Shown in pieces: positions 20,109 through 29,392 of a DNA stretch of 64,000 nt (position 1 is the first letter of the stretch; each line of letters opens with the position of its first letter). The notes under the pieces were generated by a model. That model was not told the DNA's origin. It searched no databases and saw only the letters and a program-made list of their open reading frames with translations. The translations under genes were made by a program, and so were the position numbers. This stretch comes from Nitrosomonadales bacterium (GTDB taxonomy: Bacteria; Pseudomonadota; Gammaproteobacteria; Burkholderiales; Gallionellaceae): the NCBI GenBank assembly GCA_016716325.1, contig JADJWO010000001.1, forward strand, positions 497,142 through 561,141, written 5' to 3'.

Positions 20109-23100
20109 ATGGTAACTAAAGCATCAGTTTCTGATAGTCGAGGATCAGTTTGGAATCGATGGGATCCTCATATCCATACGCCGGGAACATTGCTGAATGA
20201 CCAGTATGGTGGCGAGAATCCCTGGGAATCATTCCTCACCAAAGTAAATAAGTCCCAACCCACGATTCGTGCACTGGGCATCACTGACTACTTATCTATC
20301 GAGCAGTATGAGGAGGCCATTCGACAGCGTGATGCTGGTCATCTACCCGGTGTCGGTCTCATCTTCCCAAACGTGGAGATGCGTTTCGGAATCGAAACGT
20401 CCAAGGGATCATGGATTAACGTCCACTTGCTCTTCTCCCCGGATGATCCAAACCACGTCGAGGAAATCAATAGATTCCTCCATAAGCTAGAGTTTCGTGA
20501 TCCGCGCGAAAGCTATTGCTGCTGCAAAGCCGACTTAATTCGCCTTGGGCGTAGGCATGATCCATCGGCCAATACCGATGACGCGGCATTGTCTGTTGGA
20601 GTTAACCAGTTCAAGGTTGACTTCGTGCAATTGCAGGATGAGTGGCGCAAGAGTGAGTGGGTTCGGCGGAACTGTCTTGTAGCAGTCGCGGCAGGTGAGC
20701 GCGACGGTACGTCGGGTCTACGAGATGCCGCTGACTCGGGTGCCGCTTTGAGAAAAAACATCGAGGCTTTTGCACACATCATTTTTTCTGCAAATCCATC
20801 CCAGATTGAGTTCTGGCTAGGGCGTAAGGGTGCGACATTAGATGACCTTGAGTCAAAGTGGGGTGGCATGAAACCTTGTATGCATGGTTCCGATGCGCAC
20901 GAAGATGTTCGTGTAGGGGCACCAGTCAACGAGCGATTTTGCTGGATTAAGGGAGATTTGACCTTTGAGTCACTGCGTCAGGCATGCATAGAACCTGAAG
21001 GACGAGTGTATATCGGTTCTCAGCCACCGCGAGGTTCGCTTGCTGGACATACCATACAGACGCTCAAAGTTTCAAATGCCTCGTGGATGATTCCATCGAC
21101 AGTGTCTTTGAATCCAGGTCTTATCGCGGTTATTGGTGCAAGGGGGTCTGGAAAGACGGCTCTAGCTGATCTGATTGCGGCTGGCGGCCTGGCGGTAAGT
21201 GCGAGGTTAAATAAGCAATCCTTTGTTGTGCGTGCGAAGGAATATCTTGTTGACAGCCGTTCTGTCCTCTCATGGGAAAACAACGAGGAAACTGGAAACG
21301 ATCTTATACATATTGACTTTGAAGAGCTACAGGACACACCAAGGGTTCAATATCTGTCACAACAATTTGTTGAAAATTTGTGTTCGGCAGAAGGTATGGC
21401 GGACTCATTAGTAGATGAAATTGAACGTGTCATTTTCAGTGCACACCCGGTAGAGGAACGTGAAGGTACCAGCTCATTCAAGGAACTTTATGCGATACGA
21501 TCCGCTGCTGCTATCGAGCAGCGCGTTCGACATGAACAAGAGTTTGAAGCTGCATCAAATGCACTGACGCAGGAAAGACAGTTAAAGCAAGAGCTACCTG
21601 CGCTAATTAAGCAGCAATCAGAGTTAACAAAACAAATCGCGCAGGATCAAAATGATCGTAATGTCCTTGTTGGCAAAGGCCAAGAAGTCAGAGCTAAACG
21701 ACACGAACAACTCGCAAAGACACTTGATTTGCGGCGGCGAGAACTTGATGTAATACAGGCGAGATTGCGTGCATTAAATGCACTTAAAGAAGACGTGGTA
21801 GACATTCGGCAGCGGCGCATTCCGGCTTGGTTAGCAGAGCTACAGCAAACGCGATCTGATGCAGCTCTCCAACAAAGCGAGTGGGATCATTTCAAACTTG
21901 GCTTTACGGGCGATGTAGACCTAATGCTACAAGAACACATTAATAGCGCCGCCTCCGAATCAAAACAAATTTCTGGGACGTTGCCTGCCGCAACAGACCC
22001 TATAGTGGATACAGACCCCAACGAGCCGCTAATTGCAGATAATGCGAATCTCACAGAGATAACTGTGGTGTTGCTCCAGCAAGAACTCGCACGGCTCGGC
22101 AAGCTCATCGGTATTGATGCACAGAACACGAAGCGCTTCGCTGTGTTGAATGACAAGATTGCAAAAGCAGCCAAAGTACTTGAAAAACTCAATGCTCAGA
22201 TTGAGAAGTCTAAAACCGCAGAGGAACGTATTCAGGTATTGATCCTACGAAGACGCGAAGCATATGCCGGTGTCTTCAATGCTATTGTCAATCTTGAAAA
22301 ACAGCTTGGCCTTCTATACGCACCGCTTGCAAGGAATCTTAGCGACACTTCCGGTTCACTCGGGAAATTGGGCTTTGCAGTGAGACGACAGGTTAACGTT
22401 GATAGGTGGGCAGTAGAAGGTGAGGCGCTTTTAGACCTGCGACGCAACGGCCCATTTAAGGGGCGTGGGGCGTTGCTTGATGCTGCGAAGGCGACGCTAC
22501 TAATCCCTTGGCAAAGTGGTAATCCAGAAGATGTTTCCGCCGCCATGCAGGAATTCGTTAAAGAAAATGAGGCTGCACTCAAAGCACACAAGCCTGATGA
22601 CGTGAACAATCGCGAATGGATTTCAGGGGTGTCGAAGTGGCTGCACAATACTAGTCACATTGAGGTTTCGTATGGCATCCAGTATGACAGTGTGGACATT
22701 GAGCGACTATCTCCAGGTACGCGTGGAATAGTTCTGTTACTTCTATATCTTGCAATTGACGAAGAGGATGACCGCCCACTGATAATTGATCAGCCAGAAG
22801 AAAATTTAGACCCGCAGTCGATTTATGACGAACTGGTTGCTCGATTTCGTTCAGCCAAGAATCGCCGACAAATAATCATCGTGACGCATAACGCGAATCT
22901 CGTGGTAAACACTGATGCAGACCAAGTGATTGTTGCGACGGCAGGACATCACAGACCGGGCGAGTTACCGCAAATCACGTATGAGTCTGGCGGACTGGAA
23001 AACCCCCTTATTCGCAGGCGTGTCTGCGACATCCTCGAAGGTGGAGAACGTGCCTTCAAGGCACGGGCTCGACGACTGCGCCTTGGGATTAGTGATGTAT

Positions 23101-23135
23101 CTGTCCAACAAATCGCAGTGCTAGGTACACTATGA
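20109..23135 (+). CDS. PHP-domain phosphoesterase fused to an SMC/Rad50-like ABC ATPase with a long coiled coil
   Basis: PHP-like His/Asp motifs HIHTPG, GITDY, NVEMRF and MHGSDAH. Walker A GARGSGKTA. About 400 aa of heptad-rich Q/E/K/L sequence. Signature-like LSPGTRG, Walker B LIIDQPEENLD, and IIVTHNANL. SD ggggagg lies upstream of ATG 20109. Confidence 0.7.
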   Translation: MVTKASVSDSRGSVWNRWDPHIHTPGTLLNDQYGGENPWESFLTKVNKSQPTIRALGITDYLSIEQYEEAIRQRDAGHLPGVGLIFPNVEMRFGIETSKGSWINVHLLFSPDDPNHVEEINRFLHKLEFRDPRESYCCCKADLIRLGRRHDPSANTDDAALSVGVNQFKVDFVQLQDEWRKSEWVRRNCLVAVAAGERDGTSGLRDAADSGAALRKNIEAFAHIIFSANPSQIEFWLGRKGATLDDLESKWGGMKPCMHGSDAHEDVRVGAPVNERFCWIKGDLTFESLRQACIEPEGRVYIGSQPPRGSLAGHTIQTLKVSNASWMIPSTVSLNPGLIAVIGARGSGKTALADLIAAGGLAVSARLNKQSFVVRAKEYLVDSRSVLSWENNEETGNDLIHIDFEELQDTPRVQYLSQQFVENLCSAEGMADSLVDEIERVIFSAHPVEEREGTSSFKELYAIRSAAAIEQRVRHEQEFEAASNALTQERQLKQELPALIKQQSELTKQIAQDQNDRNVLVGKGQEVRAKRHEQLAKTLDLRRRELDVIQARLRALNALKEDVVDIRQRRIPAWLAELQQTRSDAALQQSEWDHFKLGFTGDVDLMLQEHINSAASESKQISGTLPAATDPIVDTDPNEPLIADNANLTEITVVLLQQELARLGKLIGIDAQNTKRFAVLNDKIAKAAKVLEKLNAQIEKSKTAEERIQVLILRRREAYAGVFNAIVNLEKQLGLLYAPLARNLSDTSGSLGKLGFAVRRQVNVDRWAVEGEALLDLRRNGPFKGRGALLDAAKATLLIPWQSGNPEDVSAAMQEFVKENEAALKAHKPDDVNNREWISGVSKWLHNTSHIEVSYGIQYDSVDIERLSPGTRGIVLLLLYLAIDEEDDRPLIIDQPEENLDPQSIYDELVARFRSAKNRRQIIIVTHNANLVVNTDADQVIVATAGHHRPGELPQITYESGGLENPLIRRRVCDILEGGERAFKARARRLRLGISDVSVQQIAVLGTL

Positions 23136-23178
23136 GATATGGATGCAACATGAATTTCTGCATCGTTGACAAAGTGCC

Positions 23179-23262
23179 ATGATGACCGAACCCCAACAAT
23201 TCCTGATCTACCAAAGCGAAGACGGCTCCACCCGCATCGACGTGATGCTGGAGGCGGACTGA
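23179..23262 (+). pseudogene. 27-codon remnant resembling the N-terminus of RhuM-family proteins
   Basis: MMTEPQQFLIYQSEDGSTRIDVMLEAD-stop. The FLIYQxEDGxTRIDV pattern matches RhuM-type N-termini as I recall them. The stop overlaps the helicase start as ATGA. Confidence 0.4.
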
Positions 23263-25364
23263 TGAACTTCCTCATCGCCGACACATTCACCGACAGCCTC
23301 GCCAAACTTTCTGGCGATGAGCAGAAAGCTGCCAAAACAACGGCATTCGATCTGCAATTGAACCCGGCCAATCCGGGCATGAGTTTTCATAAGCTGGACA
23401 AGGCGCGGGACAAGAATTTCTGGTCAGTGCGGGTGAGCAGTGACATTCGTATGATCGTCCACAAGACCGATGCCAGTTTGTTGCTGTGCTATGTGGATCA
23501 CCACGACAAGGCGTATGACTGGGCGGAACGGCGCAAACTGGAAACGCACCCGCAAACCGGCGCGGCGCAGTTGGTCGAGATACGCGAGACGGTGCAGGAA
23601 ATCGTGGTGCCGGTCTATGTGCAGACTGAAATTGCTCTCGCGCCGAAGCCTGCACCCGCACTGAAACCGCTATTCCTTGGCAGAACCGATGATGAACTGC
23701 TCGGTTACGGCGTACCTGCCGAGTGGCTGGACGACGTGAAGAACGCGACCGAGGACACGCTGCTGGCCTTGTGCGACCACCTGCCTGCCGAGGCGGCAGA
23801 GGCACTGCTGGAACTGGCGACGGGTGGCAAGCCTCGCGTGTCCAAGCCTGTTGCAGCAACGGTGAATCCATTCGATCATCCCGATGCACAGCGCCGCTTC
23901 CGCGTGATGACCAATGTGGAGGAGTTGCAGCGCGCGCTCGATTTTCCCTGGGAAAAGTGGACGGTCTTCCTGCACCCCGAACAGCGGCAATGGGTGGAGC
24001 GCGATTACACCGGCCCGGCGCGCGTCTCCGGTTCAGCCGGTACGGGCAAGACGATTGTTGCTTTGCACCGTGCTGCTTATCTGGCGCGCACACATTCCGA
24101 AGCCCGTGTCCTGTTGACAACCTTTTCCGACACGCTGGCGAGCGCACTGAATACCAAGCTGAAGCGGCTGTTGGGCAATGAGCCGCGCCTTGCAGAACGC
24201 ATAGATGTTCATTCGCTCGATGCCATCGGCCTGCGGCTCTACAAGTCGCACATCGGGCAGGCGACGATTGTCAGCCGCGATATTATCCGCGAGTTGCTGA
24301 AGAGGTCTGCCAGTGCCGTGGGTGGTCACAAATTTGGCCTGCATTTCCTGCTAACAGAATGGGAGCAGGTGGTGGATGCCTGGCAATTGGAGAACTGGGA
24401 TGCGTATCGTGATGTTGCGCGCCTCGGCAGAAAGACCCGGTTGCCGGAAGCACAGCGCGCGGTCTTATGGTCGATCTTCGAGCGCGTGCGCGCCGGATTG
24501 CAGGAGCGCAAGCTAATTACGCACGCGCAGCTATTCACAGCACTGGCCGCAGCCCTTTCCGCCAACAAGAATGTGGTGTTCGACTTCGCCGTCGTGGACG
24601 AGGCGCAGGACGTAGGCGTCGCCCATCTTCGCTTCTTTGCCGCCTTGGGTGGCGGTCGGCCCAATGCACTCTTTTTCGCAGGTGATCTCGGGCAACGCAT
24701 CTTCCAGCAGCCATTCTCATGGAAGGGCATCGGCGTGGATATTCGTGGGCGGTCGCGCACCTTGCGCGTCAATTACCGCACTTCGCACCAAATCCGCACG
24801 CAGGCTGATCGCCTGCTCGGCCCGGTAGTCAGCGACGTGGATGGCAACTCCGAGGATCGCAGCGACACCGTTTCAGTATTCAACGGCCCGCCGCCAGTAA
24901 TTTACACATTCAAGGACGAAGGCGAGGAAATCAAGGCCGTCGGCAACTGGATTGCGGAGCTGGCCAAGTCGGGTGTGCTACCGCACGAGTTTGGTGTATT
25001 CGTCCGCTCCGAAGCGCAACTGGAACGGGCGCAGGCAGCAGTAAAGGCGGCAGGTTTGGCCTTCAAGATACTCGATGAACACGTCGAGACCCTCAGCGGT
25101 CATGTCTCGATCAGCACCATGCACCTCGCCAAAGGATTAGAGTTTCGTGCCGTCGTGGTGATGGCCTGCGATGATGAGGTCATCCCTTTGCAGGAACGCA
25201 TCGAAACGGTCGGCGATGATGCTGATCTGCAAGAGGTATATGACACTGAGCGACATCTGCTTTATGTAGCCTGCACGCGAGCGAGAGATCATTTGCTGGT
25301 GACTAGCGTCGAGCCTGCTTCAGAATTCCTTGATGACATGAATATAGCTGGCCATATCAGCTGA
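23262..25364 (+). CDS. UvrD/Rep-family (SF1) helicase with an extra ~110-aa N-terminal RelE/ParE-like domain
   Basis: Walker A GSAGTGKT, DEAQD, and C-terminal MHLAKGLEFRAVVV...YVACTRARDHL. The N-terminal FWSVRVSSDIRMIVHKTDASLLLCYVDHHDKAY resembles the RelE/ParE core pattern (inference). Confidence 0.75.
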   Translation: MNFLIADTFTDSLAKLSGDEQKAAKTTAFDLQLNPANPGMSFHKLDKARDKNFWSVRVSSDIRMIVHKTDASLLLCYVDHHDKAYDWAERRKLETHPQTGAAQLVEIRETVQEIVVPVYVQTEIALAPKPAPALKPLFLGRTDDELLGYGVPAEWLDDVKNATEDTLLALCDHLPAEAAEALLELATGGKPRVSKPVAATVNPFDHPDAQRRFRVMTNVEELQRALDFPWEKWTVFLHPEQRQWVERDYTGPARVSGSAGTGKTIVALHRAAYLARTHSEARVLLTTFSDTLASALNTKLKRLLGNEPRLAERIDVHSLDAIGLRLYKSHIGQATIVSRDIIRELLKRSASAVGGHKFGLHFLLTEWEQVVDAWQLENWDAYRDVARLGRKTRLPEAQRAVLWSIFERVRAGLQERKLITHAQLFTALAAALSANKNVVFDFAVVDEAQDVGVAHLRFFAALGGGRPNALFFAGDLGQRIFQQPFSWKGIGVDIRGRSRTLRVNYRTSHQIRTQADRLLGPVVSDVDGNSEDRSDTVSVFNGPPPVIYTFKDEGEEIKAVGNWIAELAKSGVLPHEFGVFVRSEAQLERAQAAVKAAGLAFKILDEHVETLSGHVSISTMHLAKGLEFRAVVVMACDDEVIPLQERIETVGDDADLQEVYDTERHLLYVACTRARDHLLVTSVEPASEFLDDMNIAGHIS

Positions 25365-25376
25365 TGATACGCAGCC

Positions 25377-26024
25377 ATGCCAATTCCTCAGCTCCACTTT
25401 GACGATGAATCGGAAGGCCTACCGCGACAACTGGTGCCGCTGCGCTTTGCCGTTTTAGTGACTGGCCTCACAGTTATCCAGGTCATTGAAATGACCACCA
25501 ATGCCTACCAGCTATCTGATGATGTCAATATTTCTCTGCTGGATTGCCACGAGTTTAGCGGTAACAAAATTCGAAAGTGCAGCCTTACTGCCACCAAAGC
25601 TTTACTGACAGCAGTGAGGACATTAGGCATCGAAAAAGAGCGCTTTAAAAATATACCAAGCGGTTGGTTTGTCTACTCTGATGAATTGGCTGCGGCATTT
25701 TTAAATTGGATAGATTTTACTGTGGGGCTTGAGTCTGTCTCACTCCACGATATGGGCTTGAATTGGAACCCTGCCCTGCATCCCTACGAAGCAGAAATCA
25801 AAGCCTGCTCGGTCATGCCTGCGTCCAAGTCTGCCTTATCCGCGCGCGAAAAAAGAAAACGCGCAACAGCCGAGAAGCATTCGGCTTTGTACTCGGACTA
25901 TATCGAGCTAAAGAAAAATAATCCGAAAAAGTCGGATGTACAACTTTCTGCCACCATTGCAAAAAAATACAACAAGAACCCTGACACTGTTCGACGCATC
26001 ATCTCTGATAGAAAAAATAGCTGA
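25377..26024 (+). CDS. hypothetical protein (low GC)
   Basis: 215-aa ORF with a basic C-terminal region (REKRKRATAEKH...). No motif recognised. Confidence 0.4.
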   Translation: MPIPQLHFDDESEGLPRQLVPLRFAVLVTGLTVIQVIEMTTNAYQLSDDVNISLLDCHEFSGNKIRKCSLTATKALLTAVRTLGIEKERFKNIPSGWFVYSDELAAAFLNWIDFTVGLESVSLHDMGLNWNPALHPYEAEIKACSVMPASKSALSAREKRKRATAEKHSALYSDYIELKKNNPKKSDVQLSATIAKKYNKNPDTVRRIISDRKNS

Positions 26025-26046
26025 GCGAAAATATTATCGCTCAGCT
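26019..26046 (+). terminator. terminator-like hairpin overlapping the stop codon
   Basis: agctgagcga / tcgctcagct form a 10-bp stem with an 8-nt AT loop, followed by ttctctc. The T-tract is weak. Confidence 0.4.
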
Positions 26047-26318
26047 TTCTCTCCCTCCGCTTCCCACAGAATCAAACAGATAACACCCCTGCCCTAGTTT
26101 TTCATTCGCACAGCCAAAATTCTTAAGTCACTGTTTTCAATACAAGCGCAGCTTTATCAGAGCCTGCATCAAGGCTGTCTTGCCCTATTTTTTCGCTCAG
26201 TACGCTCAGGAAAAATCTCTCCGTGAACTGCAAAACTCTTTGCATCTGTTCAGGATGACCGTGACTGCCCAGCGCGTGCCATCGCATTTCGCATAAACAT
26301 GGGCTTAGGTACAGATTT

Positions 26319-27299
26319 ATGAATACGTTATCAAGCAACAAGACAGACATTGCTATCACCAATAGCGATTTTCTGATGTACGGCTTTGCAGGACTTGATC
26401 TAGACGAACAGTTTTGGGTCGCAGGTTTCCCCGGTGATCCTTACGATGTTCAACCTTGGATGTGGGGTGGAAAGGGAGCACCGCCTGGCCTGCCTGGATT
26501 CATTCGACCCAACCACAACAACTATATCGCCGTAAGCAGTTTCAAGCGTGGCACAGACGGCAGGTTCCATCGTCGAAAGGCAAATTTCGGACGCATGTTC
26601 ATGGTCATGATCGATGACGTGGGCACCAAAGTCGGATTTGAACGCCTCGCGCTACTTCCGAGTGCTTTAGTAGAGACCAGTCCGGGTAACTATCAGGCTT
26701 GGTACTTCTTGGTCACACCAGAACCCGACCGGGGCAAAGCCGAGCGGCTCATTGACGGCATGATTGCAGCGGGGCTGACTGCCGACGCCAGTGATCCTGG
26801 TATGAAAGGTGTGACGCGCTACGGTCGTCTGCCTGTTGGCGTCAATGGCAAGGGTAAGTATGTCGAGAAACTGGGCGCTCCGTTCGTTCAGACCGTTGCT
26901 GTCTGGGACCCCGCGACGCGCTACAGCATCGAGGAGATCGCTGCCGCCTATGGCGTCGATCTCACTGCCGCACCTCCGCCTACGCGCCGTACTAACCGGC
27001 GTATGCCATCCGCTGCCCCCATCGGCGGTGATGCCCTCGTCGCGCAATTGGTAGATGCGGGCCTGTATCTGGAGCCCGAACTCAGTGTTGCAGGGATGCA
27101 CCGCATCGTTTGTCCTTGGGTGCATGAACATACCGACGAAGAGCCCAGCGGCACGGCCTATTTTGAGCCTAGTGAAGACAACGACTCTCGTGGAGGCTTT
27201 AAGTGCCATCACGGTCACTGCGCGCACCGCCGCGTCTCTGATTTGAAGCTCTTCCTGTCGTATCTGCAATCCCTGACCAAGGAGAACCACCATGCCTAA
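26319..27299 (+). CDS. RepB'-type / primase-polymerase-like DNA primase with a C-terminal Cys/His zinc-binding motif
   Basis: MVMIDDVG (acidic DxD-type motif), ETSPGNYQAWYFL, and C-terminal CPWVHEHT...FKCHHGHC. Confidence 0.6.
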   Translation: MNTLSSNKTDIAITNSDFLMYGFAGLDLDEQFWVAGFPGDPYDVQPWMWGGKGAPPGLPGFIRPNHNNYIAVSSFKRGTDGRFHRRKANFGRMFMVMIDDVGTKVGFERLALLPSALVETSPGNYQAWYFLVTPEPDRGKAERLIDGMIAAGLTADASDPGMKGVTRYGRLPVGVNGKGKYVEKLGAPFVQTVAVWDPATRYSIEEIAAAYGVDLTAAPPPTRRTNRRMPSAAPIGGDALVAQLVDAGLYLEPELSVAGMHRIVCPWVHEHTDEEPSGTAYFEPSEDNDSRGGFKCHHGHCAHRRVSDLKLFLSYLQSLTKENHHA

Positions 27300-28953
27300 T
27301 AATATTGAAACCAGTAACGCAGTACGTCAGGCGGCTGAAGAAACCGCCAATCCAGAAGCCATTGTGACGGCTGCGCTGGGGCAGCTTCAAGCAAACCCTG
27401 ACGCGCTGTATCAGGAACATGTGATCGCCGCACTGAAGCTCGTTCGTCAGAATGACCCTGTTGCATATGCCCGCTTGATCAACCGCGCTAAAGGTCACAA
27501 AGGCAGGCTCGAAGAGCTTACAGCGGCGGGACGGGAAAATCGCGATGACAGCAATCTCGCCCAACTCATTGCCCTCGCTCGCGAATCGTCTAGGCTCGGC
27601 CACGCCAAAGATGGCAAAGGGGTCGCTATTGTCACAGTCAAGGGAATCCGCCAGACTTGGTACATCGGTTCGTATGGATATGCCGAGTGGCTGCGTGCTG
27701 CTTTCTATAAATCGAGGGGCTCGGGGGTGGGTGACACACTGTTGACGAGCGCCATCGCGACGCTCTCCTCCATCGGCAACTTTGAAGGCGAGGAATTCAC
27801 TGTGCATATGCGCTGCGCCAAGCATGGAGATGACTACTACATTGATCTGTGCGATGACTCGTGGCAGGCAATTCGTCTTAATGCCGACGGTTGGTCAGTG
27901 GTTAGCGCCCCGCCCGTCCTGTTCACTCGCACTCGCAACATGCGTCCGCTCCCCACGCCCGTCTCTGGCAGGATCGACGAACTGTGGCAGTACGCCAATG
28001 TTCCGGAGCTCCTTTACCCCTTGGCACTCACTTGGTTGATCGATAGTTTCCGCCCGGACACTCCGTTCTCCATTCTGGAACTGTGCGGCGAGCAAGGAAG
28101 TGCCAAAAGTTCAACCCAGCGCTGTCTGCGCGACCTGACCGATCCCAACATGGTAGCGCTACGCGGCAAGCCGAAGATGACCGAAGACATTTACATAGCG
28201 GCCAACAATAGCTGGGTGGTGAGCTTCGAGAATCTCTCCAGTCTGACCTCAGACCAGCAGGATGCACTTTGCACGTTGGCGACGGGGGGCGGATTCGCGT
28301 CGCGGCAGCTGTACTCCAATGGCGACGAGTTCGTTATGGAGACAAAGCGGCCCGTCATGCTGAACGGCATCAGCCCTGTAGCGACACGCCCCGATCTGAT
28401 CGAGCGCGTCATCAGTATCGAGTGTCCGAGCATACCGGCAGCACAGCGTCGGGACGAGCAGTCGCTCGCGGCGGAATGGCAAGACAGTTATCCGGCCATT
28501 TTCGGGGGATTGCTGGACTTGTTCTCCGCAGCGCTTCGCCATCTCCCTACGGTTAACCTCGACCAGAAGTTTCGCATGGCCGACTTCCAACTGTTGGGCG
28601 AGGCCGTTTGTATGGCGCTAGATCACCCTCCCGGATATTTCACCGAGCTATATGAAGCATCTGTACGCGAAGGGGTAGATCGTAGTCTGGAAACTTATGG
28701 GGTCGCCAATGCATTACAGGTTTTCATGGCGCAACAGAAGAACAAGGCTTGGGAAGGCACGGTACTTACACTGAAATCCCAGCTTGAAGGTGTATGTGGT
28801 CAAGATAAGTCGGCTTGGCCGAAATCGGCACGGGGCTTGTCTGGGCAGCTTGCACGGATCAGGCCGGGGCTGCGTCAACGCGGGATTCAAATCGAGCACT
28901 TGGGACATAGTCGTGCCGGTGCAAAGCTTCGCATCACCCTCATGAACGACTAA
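27292..28953 (+). CDS. P-loop NTPase, putative replicative (SF3-like) helicase of the island
   Basis: 553 aa. Walker-A-like CGEQGSAKSST. An 8-nt overlap couples it to the primase gene. Confidence 0.45.
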   Translation: MPNNIETSNAVRQAAEETANPEAIVTAALGQLQANPDALYQEHVIAALKLVRQNDPVAYARLINRAKGHKGRLEELTAAGRENRDDSNLAQLIALARESSRLGHAKDGKGVAIVTVKGIRQTWYIGSYGYAEWLRAAFYKSRGSGVGDTLLTSAIATLSSIGNFEGEEFTVHMRCAKHGDDYYIDLCDDSWQAIRLNADGWSVVSAPPVLFTRTRNMRPLPTPVSGRIDELWQYANVPELLYPLALTWLIDSFRPDTPFSILELCGEQGSAKSSTQRCLRDLTDPNMVALRGKPKMTEDIYIAANNSWVVSFENLSSLTSDQQDALCTLATGGGFASRQLYSNGDEFVMETKRPVMLNGISPVATRPDLIERVISIECPSIPAAQRRDEQSLAAEWQDSYPAIFGGLLDLFSAALRHLPTVNLDQKFRMADFQLLGEAVCMALDHPPGYFTELYEASVREGVDRSLETYGVANALQVFMAQQKNKAWEGTVLTLKSQLEGVCGQDKSAWPKSARGLSGQLARIRPGLRQRGIQIEHLGHSRAGAKLRITLMND

Positions 28954-29032
28954 TAGCGACTGATAAGTCCATCACCCCTATCACTTCTCGTGACGATGTG
29001 ACTGTGGTGATGGTCATTCAGCATTTTTTATC

Positions 29033-29392
29033 ATGGCAATGATCCTACTCCCCCGCTTCATCAGATTTCGTGATGCGCCGGACTATCTAGGCATGGATCG
29101 CAATCGATTCAGTGCCGAAGTCAGGCCGTATCTGACGGAAGTACCCATAGGGGTGCAAGGGATTGCCTTCGACCGACTTGAACTGGATGCCTGGGCGGAG
29201 CAATATATGCGCTGCAACGGTCGCCCCGGTCGAAAGAAAGGAATTTTGACATGGGACGAAAAAGAGCCGCTGGACTCTACCTGCGTAACGGGGTCTGGCA
29301 CATCGACAAGCAGTATCGAGGACTCCGAATTTGCGAGAGCACTGGCGAAAGTGAGCTCGCCAAAGCGGAAGAGTTCCTCACAAAGAGGCTAG
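29033..29392 (+). CDS. AlpA/excisionase-like small DNA-binding protein (3' end uncertain)
   Basis: FIRFRDAPDYLGMDRNRFSAEVRPYLTEVPIGVQGIAFDRLELDAW fits the excisionase/AlpA HTH pattern. The tracked ORF overlaps int by ~140 nt, so its end is doubtful. Confidence 0.5.
   Translation: MAMILLPRFIRFRDAPDYLGMDRNRFSAEVRPYLTEVPIGVQGIAFDRLELDAWAEQYMRCNGRPGRKKGILTWDEKEPLDSTCVTGSGTSTSSIEDSEFARALAKVSSPKRKSSSQRG

Noticed and set aside
26123-26362. 79-aa minus-strand ORF in the gap upstream of the primase gene (possible repressor)
   Set aside because: No HTH or other motif is recognisable, it overlaps the primase start, and the support is too weak to call.
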